DNA of 64,000 nt from an uncultured cyanobacterium (GCA_963719515.1 CAVRCJ010000006.1:32001-96000); one strand, 5' to 3'. Positions 39,698 to 51,608 are shown, numbered from the stretch's first letter. Numbers and translations: made by a program. The notes: generated from the sequence alone by a model not told the origin.

Positions 39698-41488
39698 CTA
39701 TTGCTCGGTCAGCCTCAGCGACTCCAGGTTCCACAGCGCCCCGCCAAGGGCAGAGTACTGCACATTTTCCACCTGGTTACGCACGGCCCCCAGAGATAGG
39801 GGATTGACTAAGTAGATGTAGGGTAAATATTCCTGGGTCAGGCGCTGCGTTTCTGCGTAGAGCGCTTTCCGCTTTTCTTCGTCTAGCTCCTGCGCCGCTT
39901 GAATATAAAGATCGCTAATTTCACCCTCCCAGTCATATATCTTGCGACCGTCAACGGGGGGCTGTCCCGGCAGGGCGGCCTGGTTAAAGATATGCATGCT
40001 GCCGTCAGTCCGCCAGACGTTAGCGCCGCTGTTGGGCTCCACGCCACCGCTAAGACCCAAGATAAAGCACTCCCAATCCAAGGTATTGGTGAGCTTATCC
40101 ACTAGCGTATTAAAAGCGATGGGCTGAAAGTCCACCTGAATGCCAATATCCAGCAGATCTCGCTTCACCTGCGCCCCGATCGCCTCTCGGATTTTGTTGC
40201 CTGCGTTGGTAATCAGGGTGAAGCGGACAGCATTGCCGTCCTTATCCTGCAGCGCCCCGCCGGCATCGTACTCAAACCCAGCAGTTGTGAGGAGTTCACG
40301 GGCGGTCTCTGCGCTGTAGTCGTAGGTCTCTAATCCGTCGCCGGGCGGCAGGTAGTAGGGGCTTTGCACCGATATGGGTGAGGTCTGGGGCTCTCCTAAT
40401 CCCTGAAAAATATTGTTGATCATCGTGTCGCGGTCGATGGCGTAGGCGATCGCCTGACGAAAGGCCGGATCCGTAAACCAGGCGGACTTGATAGGATCCA
40501 CCAGCGGCTTACCGTCGCGACTGCCCACGTTCAGGTTGAAGGAAATAAAGTTGGTGCCCGGACGGGGGCCGTCTTCGTGAATTTCGAAACCGCCTCGGTC
40601 CTCCTCGCGCTTCAGCAGGGCAAAATTCTCAGGGGGGACCGAAATCACGTCTAGTCCTCCAGAGCGAAACTGCAGCAGCGAGGCGTCTGTAGACTCCACA
40701 ATTTGCAGCACAAAACGCTCGATGTAGGGCTGGGGTTCTTCCTCTGTCCCCTTCCAGTAATGGGGATTGCGCTCAAAAATTACCCGCTGTCCGGGAGCAT
40801 AACTCACCATCCGGTAGGGACCATTGCCGATAATTTTCTTGGGGTCAGTGTCCGTCCCCCAAACTGAGATAAAGCGAGGGTTGCCGTCCATATCCATCTC
40901 GCTGACCGCCTCCCCCAGTACATGCTGGGGCAAAATCGTGATTCCCCCCGCGTAGCGCAAGAACGGCGCAAACGGCTGGGGAACAACAAACTCAACTCGG
41001 CGTTCGTCTAGCTTGTTGACGGTGGGAAACAAACCTTCGTCCCCAATCCGCAAAATATCGCTCTCGCCGCTAGGGATGGCGGGGTTGAAGTAAATGTCGT
41101 TGTAGGTAAAGACAACATCGTCCACGGTAAAGGGCTCTCCGTCCGACCACAGCAGCCCCTCCCGCAGCGTAAAGACAATACGCTTTTGGTCCTCAGAAAC
41201 CTCAACCGACTCGGCCACCGCCAGCTCTAGCTCCCCGGTAATACCATTCTCCTGCAGCAGCCCCTCATACAGCAGGCCAAACACAGCGGTGACTTCTTGG
41301 CTCATGACGGGGTTGAAGGTCTTGGGGTCGCTGATTTCGCTGATCACCAAGGGGGAAATCTGCGCGGCCTCTGTCTTGTACCAGCTCATCTGGCAGCTGC
41401 CCATAGCGATCGCTAGAGCGAAGCCCAGGGCGGCACAAAACCACCGATAGAGTCGTGATTTCAGCTGTCGAGTCGAGACGGGAGGCAT
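39698..41488 (-). CDS. Peptide/nickel ABC transporter substrate-binding protein (family 5)
   Basis: SDPKTFNP, WSDGEPFTVDDVVFT, GNGPY, FRQAIAYAIDR. Confidence 0.9.
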   Translation of the reverse strand: MPPVSTRQLKSRLYRWFCAALGFALAIAMGSCQMSWYKTEAAQISPLVISEISDPKTFNPVMSQEVTAVFGLLYEGLLQENGITGELELAVAESVEVSEDQKRIVFTLREGLLWSDGEPFTVDDVVFTYNDIYFNPAIPSGESDILRIGDEGLFPTVNKLDERRVEFVVPQPFAPFLRYAGGITILPQHVLGEAVSEMDMDGNPRFISVWGTDTDPKKIIGNGPYRMVSYAPGQRVIFERNPHYWKGTEEEPQPYIERFVLQIVESTDASLLQFRSGGLDVISVPPENFALLKREEDRGGFEIHEDGPRPGTNFISFNLNVGSRDGKPLVDPIKSAWFTDPAFRQAIAYAIDRDTMINNIFQGLGEPQTSPISVQSPYYLPPGDGLETYDYSAETARELLTTAGFEYDAGGALQDKDGNAVRFTLITNAGNKIREAIGAQVKRDLLDIGIQVDFQPIAFNTLVDKLTNTLDWECFILGLSGGVEPNSGANVWRTDGSMHIFNQAALPGQPPVDGRKIYDWEGEISDLYIQAAQELDEEKRKALYAETQRLTQEYLPYIYLVNPLSLGAVRNQVENVQYSALGGALWNLESLRLTEQ

Positions 41489-41677
41489 GGTGTCGTTTCT
41501 CTAAAAGACAACCAGCGGACTAATCCTCTACGCTCTACGCCCAATTGCCAAATTCTTTTGACAAACGAAGACGAATGAGCAGGTTTGAACTATGCTGGGG
41601 CTTAGATTCTAGCGTGAGCATATCGCTGGAATATGTCAATTCTGTGACAAGTAATCTGTGACAGGTCTGCGGCTAGC

Positions 41678-42526
41678 ATGAGGTCCAACGTGAATCAACC
41701 GACCACCCCCCAAAACACCTCGCAGCTAGGGGCCTCAACTGCCTCTTCCTCGGCTCATTCAGACCTGGTCTCAGAGCTTCAGACGACTCGGCATCAGCTG
41801 AAATCAGTCAGTCAACAGAACCAACAGCTGATACAGCAAAATCAGCAGCTGCGCGTTGAGATTGAGCGCATCATGGCCAGCGCTCTAAATCTACACCATA
41901 TTGTCTATTCTGAGCAGCCCGCGGCCCCTCCCCCATCTTCCACGCCCAGCTCCAGTCCCGACAACGAGGGGGCCAAGCATAGTGCTCCTACAGTATCTGA
42001 GTCTCAGCGGCAGGCTGACGGCGACGCAGATGTCCCGGCCTTCGATGTCAGTACGCCTGACCCTATCGCGCCCAACGCCAGCGTTCCTAAGGCCGACGCG
42101 GCAGAGGCTCATGCGACAGAGGCCAGCGCGACCGATATGTTCGCTGAACTTGATCGCCTTCTTGCTGACGACTTGCTCCCCCCATCTGGCCTTCAGTCTG
42201 GCCTCCAGCCTGGCCCTCAACCTAGTCCTCAATTCGCTCCTCAGCCGGTATCTCGGGACGATGACGAAAGCCTAAAAGCGGCCCTCAGCCACGTTAATGC
42301 CCGTCCCCGCGCCAGTGCTGCGACAGGGCCTCCCAAACCGTCCTTGTTTAAGCCGCCTCATCTGCGCCAGACCGTAGCCGTTCCCCCGTCTCCTCCCACC
42401 GCAAAGGGCGCTCCTCGCAGGCCTAATCTCTGGTTAATTCTGGCGGTCGTGGCCGTGATGCTGAGCTGCTTTGGCGCAGGATTTTTGCTTACTCTGCCGC
42501 TACTGCAGCAGTCTTCGGATCGTTAG
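41678..42526 (+). CDS. Hypothetical coiled-coil protein with C-terminal TM anchor
   Basis: Gln-rich coiled coil, Pro-rich linker, hydrophobic C-terminus. Confidence 0.75.
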   Translation: MRSNVNQPTTPQNTSQLGASTASSSAHSDLVSELQTTRHQLKSVSQQNQQLIQQNQQLRVEIERIMASALNLHHIVYSEQPAAPPPSSTPSSSPDNEGAKHSAPTVSESQRQADGDADVPAFDVSTPDPIAPNASVPKADAAEAHATEASATDMFAELDRLLADDLLPPSGLQSGLQPGPQPSPQFAPQPVSRDDDESLKAALSHVNARPRASAATGPPKPSLFKPPHLRQTVAVPPSPPTAKGAPRRPNLWLILAVVAVMLSCFGAGFLLTLPLLQQSSDR

Positions 42527-42536
42527 ATGCTAGCGT

Positions 42537-42995
42537 CTAACCCCACCGCTCGCATTCCTGCTGCGTAATCTGGTGCCGGTAGCGAAACATATCTTCGAGC
42601 CGGGTCTTAATAAAATCCCCCATCATCCAGGCTGAAACGGGCTGCCCAGGCAGGACAAAGGCGATCGCATCGGTGAGGCGCGTCTTGCCGTCCTCCGCGT
42701 CAAACTGATGCCGATGCACCCAGCGCTCCAGCGGCCCATCAACCTGCTCATCAATAAACAGACGATGAGGATCGCAGGCGGTGTGACGCGCCAGCCAGCG
42801 CACCGGCAGGGGGCCGAGCCAAATTCTAAACTCAGTCTCAGCGCCGACTCCTAAGCCGCCTTCCCGCCGCTTGATCTCAACCGGCTGCCAAGGCGGCGTC
42901 AAAATCTCAAGGATGTCTGACCGCTCGTGGAATTGCCAGACGATATCAACTGGCGCATTGATGACAGTGGAGCGTTGAAAATGTAGCTGCATCAT
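42537..42995 (-). CDS. SRPBCC family protein
   Basis: LTPPW, WLARH, FIDEQVDGP, WVHRHQF. Confidence 0.88.
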   Translation of the reverse strand: MMQLHFQRSTVINAPVDIVWQFHERSDILEILTPPWQPVEIKRREGGLGVGAETEFRIWLGPLPVRWLARHTACDPHRLFIDEQVDGPLERWVHRHQFDAEDGKTRLTDAIAFVLPGQPVSAWMMGDFIKTRLEDMFRYRHQITQQECERWG

Positions 42996-43181
42996 CGGGC
43001 AGGTAAACTCCAGTGAGGAATCGATCAGCGATCGCCAGACTGCTTTCATTCTAAAGGTACTGTCTAGATATGATTAGGGCCCCTGGGCTAGGAAGGATAA
43101 ATAAAGGCAGCCGGATTAGAGCGGTTAGATTAGACTTCAGGCATGATGGAGTTGAACAGACCTGGGATGAAGAGGTAGGGT

Positions 43182-44825
43182 ATGCCCAAGCGGATAGCAG
43201 CACGCTTTATTTGGCTAGCGGCAGGTGTGACAGCGGCGATCGCAGCCCCAATGATGACGCCGATGGTGACGCCAGTGATGGCGCTGCTTAACTCAGTGGG
43301 AGAGGCAGGTATCGACGCCCTGCGTCTCCACCAAGACCCGCTCAACATCACCGGGGCAAAGATTGCCATCGGTCAGGTTGAGATTGGCCGCCCCGCTCAA
43401 TATCGGCTCGATAAGCTTCCCCAGCAAAACCCAGTGGTGCGCGTAGACCGAGTCTTTAGGCAAGACGACTCCATTGGCGCGGGTGAGCTGGTCGACGGCC
43501 ACGCCACCAACGTCGCCAGCGTCATGATCAGCCAGGATAAGCAGCTGACCGGGGTCGCCCCCAATGCCAGACTCTACTCCTCAGCGGTGGGGGTACAGCG
43601 CGCCGGCGCTCAGCCGGAGGAATGCCTCGCGGCACAAACCGTCGCGCAGCAAAATGGCCAAGACGTGCGGGCCATCAACTTTAGCTTCGGTGAACCTCTC
43701 GCCAGCGACCCTCGACCGGAGGCCATGCTAGACGGCAACGCGCTACTGACCCAGTGCATCGACTGGTCTTCTAACGAGCATGGGGTGCTGTACGTAATTG
43801 CCGGAAACCAGGGCCGTGGGGGAATTCCCATCCCCACCGATCTGTTCAACGGGCTTACCGTCGCCAACTCAATTCAGGTTGACGGCAGGTTCACCAAAAT
43901 TGATTTTTCCAGCCTCAGCAGCGAACCGGAGATGATTGTCGGGCGACGGGAAGAGCTAGAGAGTAACGTCGGCCCCCGCCGCTCTGTGAGCTTGGTAGCG
44001 CCTGGCAGCAACTTGCGCATGGTTAACCCCGACGGCAGCACCATCCGCGCCACCGGCACCAGTTTTGCGGCCCCCCACGTCACCGCCACCGTGGCCCTAC
44101 TGCAGGAATACGGCGATCGCCAGCTGCAGCAAAGGCGATCCGACTGGAGCCTCGACTCTCGCAATCCCCAAGTCACCAAGGTCGTGATGCTCAACGCCGC
44201 CGATAAGCTCGAAGACGACGGCTCGGGGCAATATCTCGGCATGAGCCGCACGCTGCTCACCCACCGCAACCAAACCTGGCTCGATTCTGACGCCTATACG
44301 GACAATACCCGGCCCCTCAGCGCCGACTTGGGCACTGGCCACCTCAACGCCTACAGGGCCTATGAACAGTTTAGCGGCGGTCAGCACGGCCCAGAGGGTC
44401 CGGTACCGGCTCAAGGTTGGGACTACCGCAGCGTTGCTGACGATGGTGAAGGACCGACATACCGCGACTATGTGATCGAGGGGCCGCTGCAGGCGGGCAG
44501 CTTTGTGTCTATTACACTGGCTTGGAGCCGCAAGGTTACCCTCAATGACCTCGATGAGAGTGGTCAGTATGAGCCAGGGGAGTCTTTCGAGGACCACGGC
44601 CTCAACGACCTCAATTTATATCTTCTCCCTGAGGACGAAGACGACACCGACGACAGCGTTTGGCAGTCCGTCAGCGCTGTCGACAGCGTCGAGCATATTT
44701 TTCAGCAGATTCCGGAAACGGGGCGCTACAAGATTCGCGTGGAGTATGAAGACCAGGTCAATGACGCTGTGCAGCCTTATGGTTTGGCCTGGTGGGCCGT
44801 TTCGGAGCGAGGCGATACGCCGTAA
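43182..44825 (+). CDS. Secreted S8 (subtilisin-like) serine peptidase
   Basis: Signal peptide; GHATNVA, AGN, GTSFAAPHV; first triad position reads QVEIG. Confidence 0.88.
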   Translation: MPKRIAARFIWLAAGVTAAIAAPMMTPMVTPVMALLNSVGEAGIDALRLHQDPLNITGAKIAIGQVEIGRPAQYRLDKLPQQNPVVRVDRVFRQDDSIGAGELVDGHATNVASVMISQDKQLTGVAPNARLYSSAVGVQRAGAQPEECLAAQTVAQQNGQDVRAINFSFGEPLASDPRPEAMLDGNALLTQCIDWSSNEHGVLYVIAGNQGRGGIPIPTDLFNGLTVANSIQVDGRFTKIDFSSLSSEPEMIVGRREELESNVGPRRSVSLVAPGSNLRMVNPDGSTIRATGTSFAAPHVTATVALLQEYGDRQLQQRRSDWSLDSRNPQVTKVVMLNAADKLEDDGSGQYLGMSRTLLTHRNQTWLDSDAYTDNTRPLSADLGTGHLNAYRAYEQFSGGQHGPEGPVPAQGWDYRSVADDGEGPTYRDYVIEGPLQAGSFVSITLAWSRKVTLNDLDESGQYEPGESFEDHGLNDLNLYLLPEDEDDTDDSVWQSVSAVDSVEHIFQQIPETGRYKIRVEYEDQVNDAVQPYGLAWWAVSERGDTP

Positions 44826-44939
44826 AGATCTCCGTCGCGAGACTCAAACGGAGTATGGGTTTATAAAAATAATGCAAAGAGTCGTCGGGTCACCCCCGAT
44901 CTGAACCTATGCTGGGCAAATACTAACTTTTGTATAGCT

Positions 44940-45240
44940 ATGTCTCGGCTGCCTGACGTTGCTAACCCCCACCGCAAGCTGTATCCCAGCGACCTCAGCG
45001 ATGCTGAGTGGGCGATACTCCGGCCTCTGCTACCAACGCCCAAGCAGATCGGTCACCCGGTGGAAGTTGACTTCCGAGAAATTCTCAACGGCGTTTTCTA
45101 CGTACAGCGCACGGGATGCCAGTGGGAGATGCTGCCCCACGACCTACCGCCTCACAGCACGGTTTACCTCTACTTTCAAAAGTGGCGGCGTAAAGGCGTA
45201 TGGCACGCCATCCACGACGCGGTGCGCGAACAGCTTCGCT
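44940..45240 (+). mobile_element. IS5-family transposase remnant (N-terminal domain only)
   Basis: YPSDLSDAEW, REILNGVFY..RTGCQW..LPHDLP..STVY.YF..W; no DDE part follows; ORF drifts to a stop at 45353. Confidence 0.85.
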
Positions 45241-45397
45241 TGATTGCACCGATGGAGGCTGATAGCCCATCAAACCTCAGTCAGTCCCAGGTGCGGATCG
45301 CTCTCCAGGCTGTGGCTAGGCGACTAAAGGGAATTAGTGAGATGTTTTCTTAGAGACCAATAGGCCTAGTCGCACAGCCACTCCCATAAGAAATTTC

Positions 45398-45455
45398 TAT
45401 TGTTAAGATTTACTTTACAAATCAGATTATTGTTAAGATTTACTTTATAAATCAG
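45398..45455. repeat. 28-bp direct repeat, 30-bp period
   Basis: TATTGTTAAGATTTACTTTA(C/T)AAATCAG twice, 27/28 identical. Confidence 0.9.
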
Positions 45456-45589
45456 TTTCTAGCTCTTACAGACTGTTAAAGACCGCCTAATTTCCTAAGG
45501 CAGTACTGCTCTACAGACCAGAGACCTTGTCTCTCGAAGCAAGGCAATTTGACAAAGCTCTTTTTATACGCAGCTCGCATCGATTATTT

Positions 45590-46678
45590 ATGGCACAGTT
45601 CCCCATTGGCATTGGTATCGTCGGGACCGGATTTGGACAGAAGATCCACATCCCTGGATTTCAGGCCCATCCTAAAACCCAGCTTATAGCGGTTTACCAC
45701 CGGGATTTGGATACCGCTAGGGCGATCGCCGCTGAACACGATATTCCGCAGGCCTACCGGACCGTAGATGAGCTTGCCAATGACCCAAAAGTTCATGCCG
45801 TCAGTATTTCCACACCGCCGTTCCTACATTATGAGATGGCCCGCACCGTCATCAACAGCGGCAAGCACCTGATGCTGGAAAAGCCCACTGCGCTGTCGCT
45901 GAAAGAGGCTGAAGATCTGCAGACTTTAGCGGAGGTAAAGGGCGTTGTGACTTGCTTAGATTTCGAGTTTCGCTACGTCCCCGCCTGGCAACGGCTAGCC
46001 GAGCTGCTAGAAGAGGGGTTTGTTGGCCGCCCTCGTTTAGTCAAAATCGACTGGCTCGTGCCGGGCCGCGCTAGCCCAGAGCGGGCCTGGAACTGGTACT
46101 CCCAAAAAGACCTAGGGGGCGGCGTCTTAGGGGCTGTGGGCTCCCATGCCCTCGACTACGTGACCTGGCTCTTTGGCCCGATCAAGCGCCTGTGCGCTCA
46201 GCTGAGCACAGGCGTGACCCAGCGGCCTGACCCCAAGACAGAAACCCTAAAACCCGTCGATAGCGACGATACCTGTCAGATGATGCTAGAGCTGGAGGAC
46301 GGCACCCCCGTTCACGCCGTGTTTAGCGCCGCTACCTACGGCGGTCGGGGACATTGGATAGAGATCTACGGCGATCGCGGTACGGTGATCTTGGGCAGCG
46401 ACAACCTCAAAGACTACGTTCACGGCTTTCGCCTGTGGGCAGGAGAAGCAGGGCAGCCCCTGCAAGAAATCGAGATTCCATCGCGGCTGCGGTTTGGCCA
46501 TGTCTATCCTGATGGGCGGTTGGCCCCCTTTATTCGGGTTGTCGATCACTGGATAAACGACATTGCCCAGGGCCGCAGCACTCCGCCATCTTTAGCGGAA
46601 GGGGTCTACGCTCAAAAGCTTATGGACTTGGTTCACCAGTCCAACCAAAGCCGAGTTTGGGTTGAGGTAGACCCCTAG
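45590..46678 (+). CDS. Gfo/Idh/MocA family oxidoreductase
   Basis: GIVGTGFG, EKP, GGGVLGAVGSH. Confidence 0.92.
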   Translation: MAQFPIGIGIVGTGFGQKIHIPGFQAHPKTQLIAVYHRDLDTARAIAAEHDIPQAYRTVDELANDPKVHAVSISTPPFLHYEMARTVINSGKHLMLEKPTALSLKEAEDLQTLAEVKGVVTCLDFEFRYVPAWQRLAELLEEGFVGRPRLVKIDWLVPGRASPERAWNWYSQKDLGGGVLGAVGSHALDYVTWLFGPIKRLCAQLSTGVTQRPDPKTETLKPVDSDDTCQMMLELEDGTPVHAVFSAATYGGRGHWIEIYGDRGTVILGSDNLKDYVHGFRLWAGEAGQPLQEIEIPSRLRFGHVYPDGRLAPFIRVVDHWINDIAQGRSTPPSLAEGVYAQKLMDLVHQSNQSRVWVEVDP

Positions 46679-46944
46679 CCTGAGCGGATGGGCCGCTAGG
46701 TCATTCATTCGTCGGGCTTAATTTAAGCTCAGCTTTTAGCGATTCGGCAGCTTGAAGTTACGTTAAATTGCCACAAAAGTCTTTGTGCGCTCTCGCGGCA
46801 GCTTAATATTTCTTACAGATTTCGTTTTATTAAGCCCACGAATGCGGTAGGGTTACCTGATATAGGCACAGCCGCTAAAAGAATCCGCCAGCGAGGTAGA
46901 CTCGACAGCGGTTGGCAGTGTCAGGTAGTTCACTAGCACAGGCA

Positions 46945-49110
46945 ATGACGATTCAAGTTTGGCCCGGCTCGGCGATTAAACTCGGTGCAACATGGGATGG
47001 TAAAGGCGTAAATTTTGCGCTGTTTTCTGAAAACGCGACCTGGGTTGAACTGTGCTTATTCAATGAAGCTGGTCAGGAGATGCGGATTCCGCTGCCTGAG
47101 GAGTACAATTTTGTCTGGCACGGCTACATCCCTGACCTTGAGCCTGGTCAGGAATATGGCTTTCGGGTCCATGGACCTCATGCGCCCAAAGATGGGCACC
47201 GCTTCAATCGCCACAAGCTTCTCATCGATCCTTATGCCAAGGCGCTGTCGGGAGATGTCCGCCACGGTGATCCCCTCTACGGCCATGATCCCGAACATCC
47301 CAAGGCCGATCTCTCCTTTTCAGATACCGACAGCGTCGACCTGATGCCTAAATGTGTCGTCGTAGATGAAACCTTTGACTGGGAAGGCGATCGCCTCCTG
47401 CGCCACCCTTGGGAAGAGACCATCATTTACGAGGTGCATGTCAAGGGCTTTACCCAGCAGCATCCCGACATTCCCTCCGAGCAGCAGGGCACCTATGCGG
47501 GTCTGGCCCACCCCGCCGCCATCAAACACCTGACAGATTTAGGTGTCACCGCCGTCGAGCTGCTGCCGGTGCATCATTTTCATACCTACCCCGGTCACCT
47601 AGCGGAAGCGGGGCTGCGCAACTATTGGGGCTACGACTCCCTTAATTTCTTTGCCCCCTACGACGGCTACAGCGCTGACCGCACCCCGGGCGGTCAGGTG
47701 CAGGAGTTCAAGCAGATGGTGAAGGCGCTTCACGCCGCCGGAATCGAGGTAATTTTGGACGTAGTGTATAACCACACGGGGGAGGGCAGTCACCTGGGGC
47801 CGACTCTGACGCTCAAGGGCATCGACAACGCCACCTACTACCGACTGGTGGAAGACGATCCGCGCTACTACATGGACTTTACCGGCTGCGGCAACTCCCT
47901 CAACGTCCGCCATCCCCAGGTGCTGAAGCTGATTATGGACAGCCTGCGCTACTGGGTGCTGCACATGCATGTAGACGGCTTCCGGTTTGACCTGGCGTCA
48001 GCTCTGGCCCGCGAGCTGTTTGAAGTGGATAGTCTGGCCGCCTTCTTCGACATCATCCATCAAGATCCGGTGCTCTCCACCGTCAAGCTAATCGCCGAGC
48101 CCTGGGATCTGGGGGATGGTGGCTATCAGGTGGGGCGCTTCCCGCTGCTGTGGTCCGAGTGGAACGGCAAGTACCGCGACACCATCCGCGACTTTTGGCG
48201 CGGCGAAGGGGCTACCCTGGCGGAGTTCGCCTATCGGTTTACGGGCAGCTCTGACCTCTATGCGGGTAACGGACGCCGCCCCCACGCCAGCATCAACTTC
48301 ATCACGGCCCACGATGGCTTTCCCCTGCGGGACCTGGTGAGCTACAACGAAAAGCACAATGAAGCCAACCACGAAGGTAACCGAGATGGGGAGAGCCATA
48401 ACAGCTCTTGGAACTGCGGGGCCGAAGGGGAAACCGACGACCCCAAGATCTTGGCCCTGCGGCTACAGCAGCAGCGAAATTTCCTGGTGACCCTGATGCT
48501 CTCCCAGGGCGTACCCATGATGCTGGGGGGTGACGAGATTGGCCGCAGCCAAGGGGGGAACAACAACTGCTATTGCCAAGACAGCCCGCTCTCTTGGTTC
48601 GACTGGAATCTGGCCCAAGGCAACCAAGACCTGCTCACCTTCACCCAGGAACTCATCAGCCTGAGACAGCAGCACCCCGTCTTTCGCCGCCGTCACTGGT
48701 TCCAGGGCCGAGCTATTCACGGGTCAAGCGTGGAGGATATCGGCTGGTTTAACCCAGACGGTAGCGACATGGACGAAGACCAGTGGCGCGACTACTCCCT
48801 AAACTCCATCATGATTTTTCTCAATGGGGGCCAAATTCCGTCCCGGACCAAGGACGGTCAGCCCATCCAAGACGACAGCTTTCTGCTGCTGTTCAACGAT
48901 TTCTATGAGCCGGTGGAGTTTGAGTTCCCCGAGCGGCTGCTGCCGCTGTGCTGGCAGACCATCATCGACACCACCGAACCCCAGTTCTTGATTGCGGGCA
49001 GCTGCTACGACGGCGATCGCCCCATCGAGATTAAAGCGCGATCGCTCCAGGTGCTGCAGTGCCCCCAATCGCTGCCGTCTGGGTTGAACCAGGGCGATAC
49101 ACAACGTTAG
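46945..49110 (+). CDS. glgX: Glycogen debranching enzyme (isoamylase)
   Basis: NYWGY, DVVYNH, DGFRFDLA, IAEPWD, TAHDG. Confidence 0.97.
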   Translation: MTIQVWPGSAIKLGATWDGKGVNFALFSENATWVELCLFNEAGQEMRIPLPEEYNFVWHGYIPDLEPGQEYGFRVHGPHAPKDGHRFNRHKLLIDPYAKALSGDVRHGDPLYGHDPEHPKADLSFSDTDSVDLMPKCVVVDETFDWEGDRLLRHPWEETIIYEVHVKGFTQQHPDIPSEQQGTYAGLAHPAAIKHLTDLGVTAVELLPVHHFHTYPGHLAEAGLRNYWGYDSLNFFAPYDGYSADRTPGGQVQEFKQMVKALHAAGIEVILDVVYNHTGEGSHLGPTLTLKGIDNATYYRLVEDDPRYYMDFTGCGNSLNVRHPQVLKLIMDSLRYWVLHMHVDGFRFDLASALARELFEVDSLAAFFDIIHQDPVLSTVKLIAEPWDLGDGGYQVGRFPLLWSEWNGKYRDTIRDFWRGEGATLAEFAYRFTGSSDLYAGNGRRPHASINFITAHDGFPLRDLVSYNEKHNEANHEGNRDGESHNSSWNCGAEGETDDPKILALRLQQQRNFLVTLMLSQGVPMMLGGDEIGRSQGGNNNCYCQDSPLSWFDWNLAQGNQDLLTFTQELISLRQQHPVFRRRHWFQGRAIHGSSVEDIGWFNPDGSDMDEDQWRDYSLNSIMIFLNGGQIPSRTKDGQPIQDDSFLLLFNDFYEPVEFEFPERLLPLCWQTIIDTTEPQFLIAGSCYDGDRPIEIKARSLQVLQCPQSLPSGLNQGDTQR

Positions 49111-49308
49111 CTTTTGTAATAAGGCTACACAATAGCCCAAATCCCTTCACGGTTGGGCGATCGCTCCTCTCTCGCACCCTAAGCGCATCTCCAAAGAGCG
49201 GGTTGCCGTGGAACATCCTGTACCCATTGGTGTAATATCTATGGCCTTACCGAATTTCAACATTCCGTAGGGGCTCGGTACCCCCAGGCCCTCATCCGTG
49301 CCCCCTAA

Positions 49309-50304
<996 letters not shown>

Positions 50305-50307
<3 letters not shown>

Positions 50308-50329
50308 AAAACCCAGCCTGGGCTGGGTT
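50305..50329 (-). terminator. Intrinsic terminator with U-tract on the minus strand
   Basis: Minus strand AACCCAGC-CCAG-GCTGGGTTTTTT. Confidence 0.7.
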
Positions 50330-50693
50330 GGTGAGAGATACGCTGTCAAGATACCAAGGAAAGCTAGCAACACTGGAGTCGCTGCTCAGCAGCTGTCACA
50401 TACGTGAGCCCACAGATAAGGAGGGCGGATAATCATATTGGGTTACATATAAGCGGGCTAGACATGCTGTTTCACTCAGCCCACTTATAAAGTAGCTTTC
50501 CCGCCTTTAAGCGAGAATAAATCCCATATGAAGTTTGGACAAAGATCTTTTGCCCCAAATCATTTCGTTTACCGCGGCACTCAGGGCTGCGGCACTGGCG
50601 TAATGCAAGCCTATAGCTGCATGTATAAAATAATGTACCCCATACGTATAAAATCGTACACCTGTCTAAAGAAAGATACACATCACAGCAGAC

Positions 50694-51608
50694 ATGTTGC
50701 CCTGCAATCGTCCTGATCCGCTACGCAAAGGCGATCGCCTCTACGTAGTCGCCCCCAGCGGTGTGCTGCAGGAGCGACGGGCCTTTGAGCAGGGTGTCGA
50801 CCTGTGGCGCTCTCAGGGCTACGAGGTTAAGCTTTCTCCAGGCTACGAGCGAGGCTGGGGCTATCTAGCCGGTAGCGATCGCCACCGACGCAGCCAGCTA
50901 CAGCAGGCAATATCCGATCCCAGCTGTCGCGGCATTCTCTGCGCGCGGGGAGGCTACGGGGGAACGCGGCTGTTGGAGGACTGGCGTTGGACCACAGAGC
51001 AGCCCTTACAACGCCCTTGGCTAATCGGCTTCTCAGATATCACAAGCTTGCTGTGGAGCTTGGCTTGTCAAGGGGAATACGGCGGAGGAGCAGGGCTACA
51101 TGGCCCCCTGCTCACCACCCTGGCGCAAGAGCCTGACTGGTCTATGCAGCGTTTATTTGACTGGGTGGCGGGGCGTCCGGTGTCCCCTTTAGAGGGGGAA
51201 GGCTGGGGGGGAGGGGTCATGCAGGGGCCACTGCTGCCTGCCAATTTGACGGTAGCAACCTACCTCCTCAGCACCCCCCATCAGCCTGACCTTACTGGGG
51301 CGATCCTCGCGTTAGAAGATATTGCAGAAGCCCCCTACCGGCTCGACCGCATGCTCACCTACTGGCGGATGACCGGTGCCTTGCAAGAAGTAGGAGGAAT
51401 TGCCTTGGGGCGCTTCAGCCGCTGCGATCCGCCTGGAGAGCGGCCCAGCCTCACGGTGGACGAGGTGCTGCGCGATCGCCTGGGAGATTTGGGCATTCCG
51501 ATAGTGTCAGGGCTGCCTTTTGGCCATGATGGGGCCAACGCAGCCCTACCCGTCGGGGTACAGGCCCGTCTCGACGGCGATCGCGGTGTGCTAGAAGTGC
51601 TGGCCTAG
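50694..51608 (+). CDS. ldcA: LD-carboxypeptidase (S66)
   Basis: ARGGYG, GFSDIT, LEDIAE.PY, PFGH. Confidence 0.9.
   Translation: MLPCNRPDPLRKGDRLYVVAPSGVLQERRAFEQGVDLWRSQGYEVKLSPGYERGWGYLAGSDRHRRSQLQQAISDPSCRGILCARGGYGGTRLLEDWRWTTEQPLQRPWLIGFSDITSLLWSLACQGEYGGGAGLHGPLLTTLAQEPDWSMQRLFDWVAGRPVSPLEGEGWGGGVMQGPLLPANLTVATYLLSTPHQPDLTGAILALEDIAEAPYRLDRMLTYWRMTGALQEVGGIALGRFSRCDPPGERPSLTVDEVLRDRLGDLGIPIVSGLPFGHDGANAALPVGVQARLDGDRGVLEVLA

Noticed and set aside
50472..50681. psaM next to por
   Set aside because: The ORF ends ...GKLLYKWAE but has no hydrophobic helix; not PsaM
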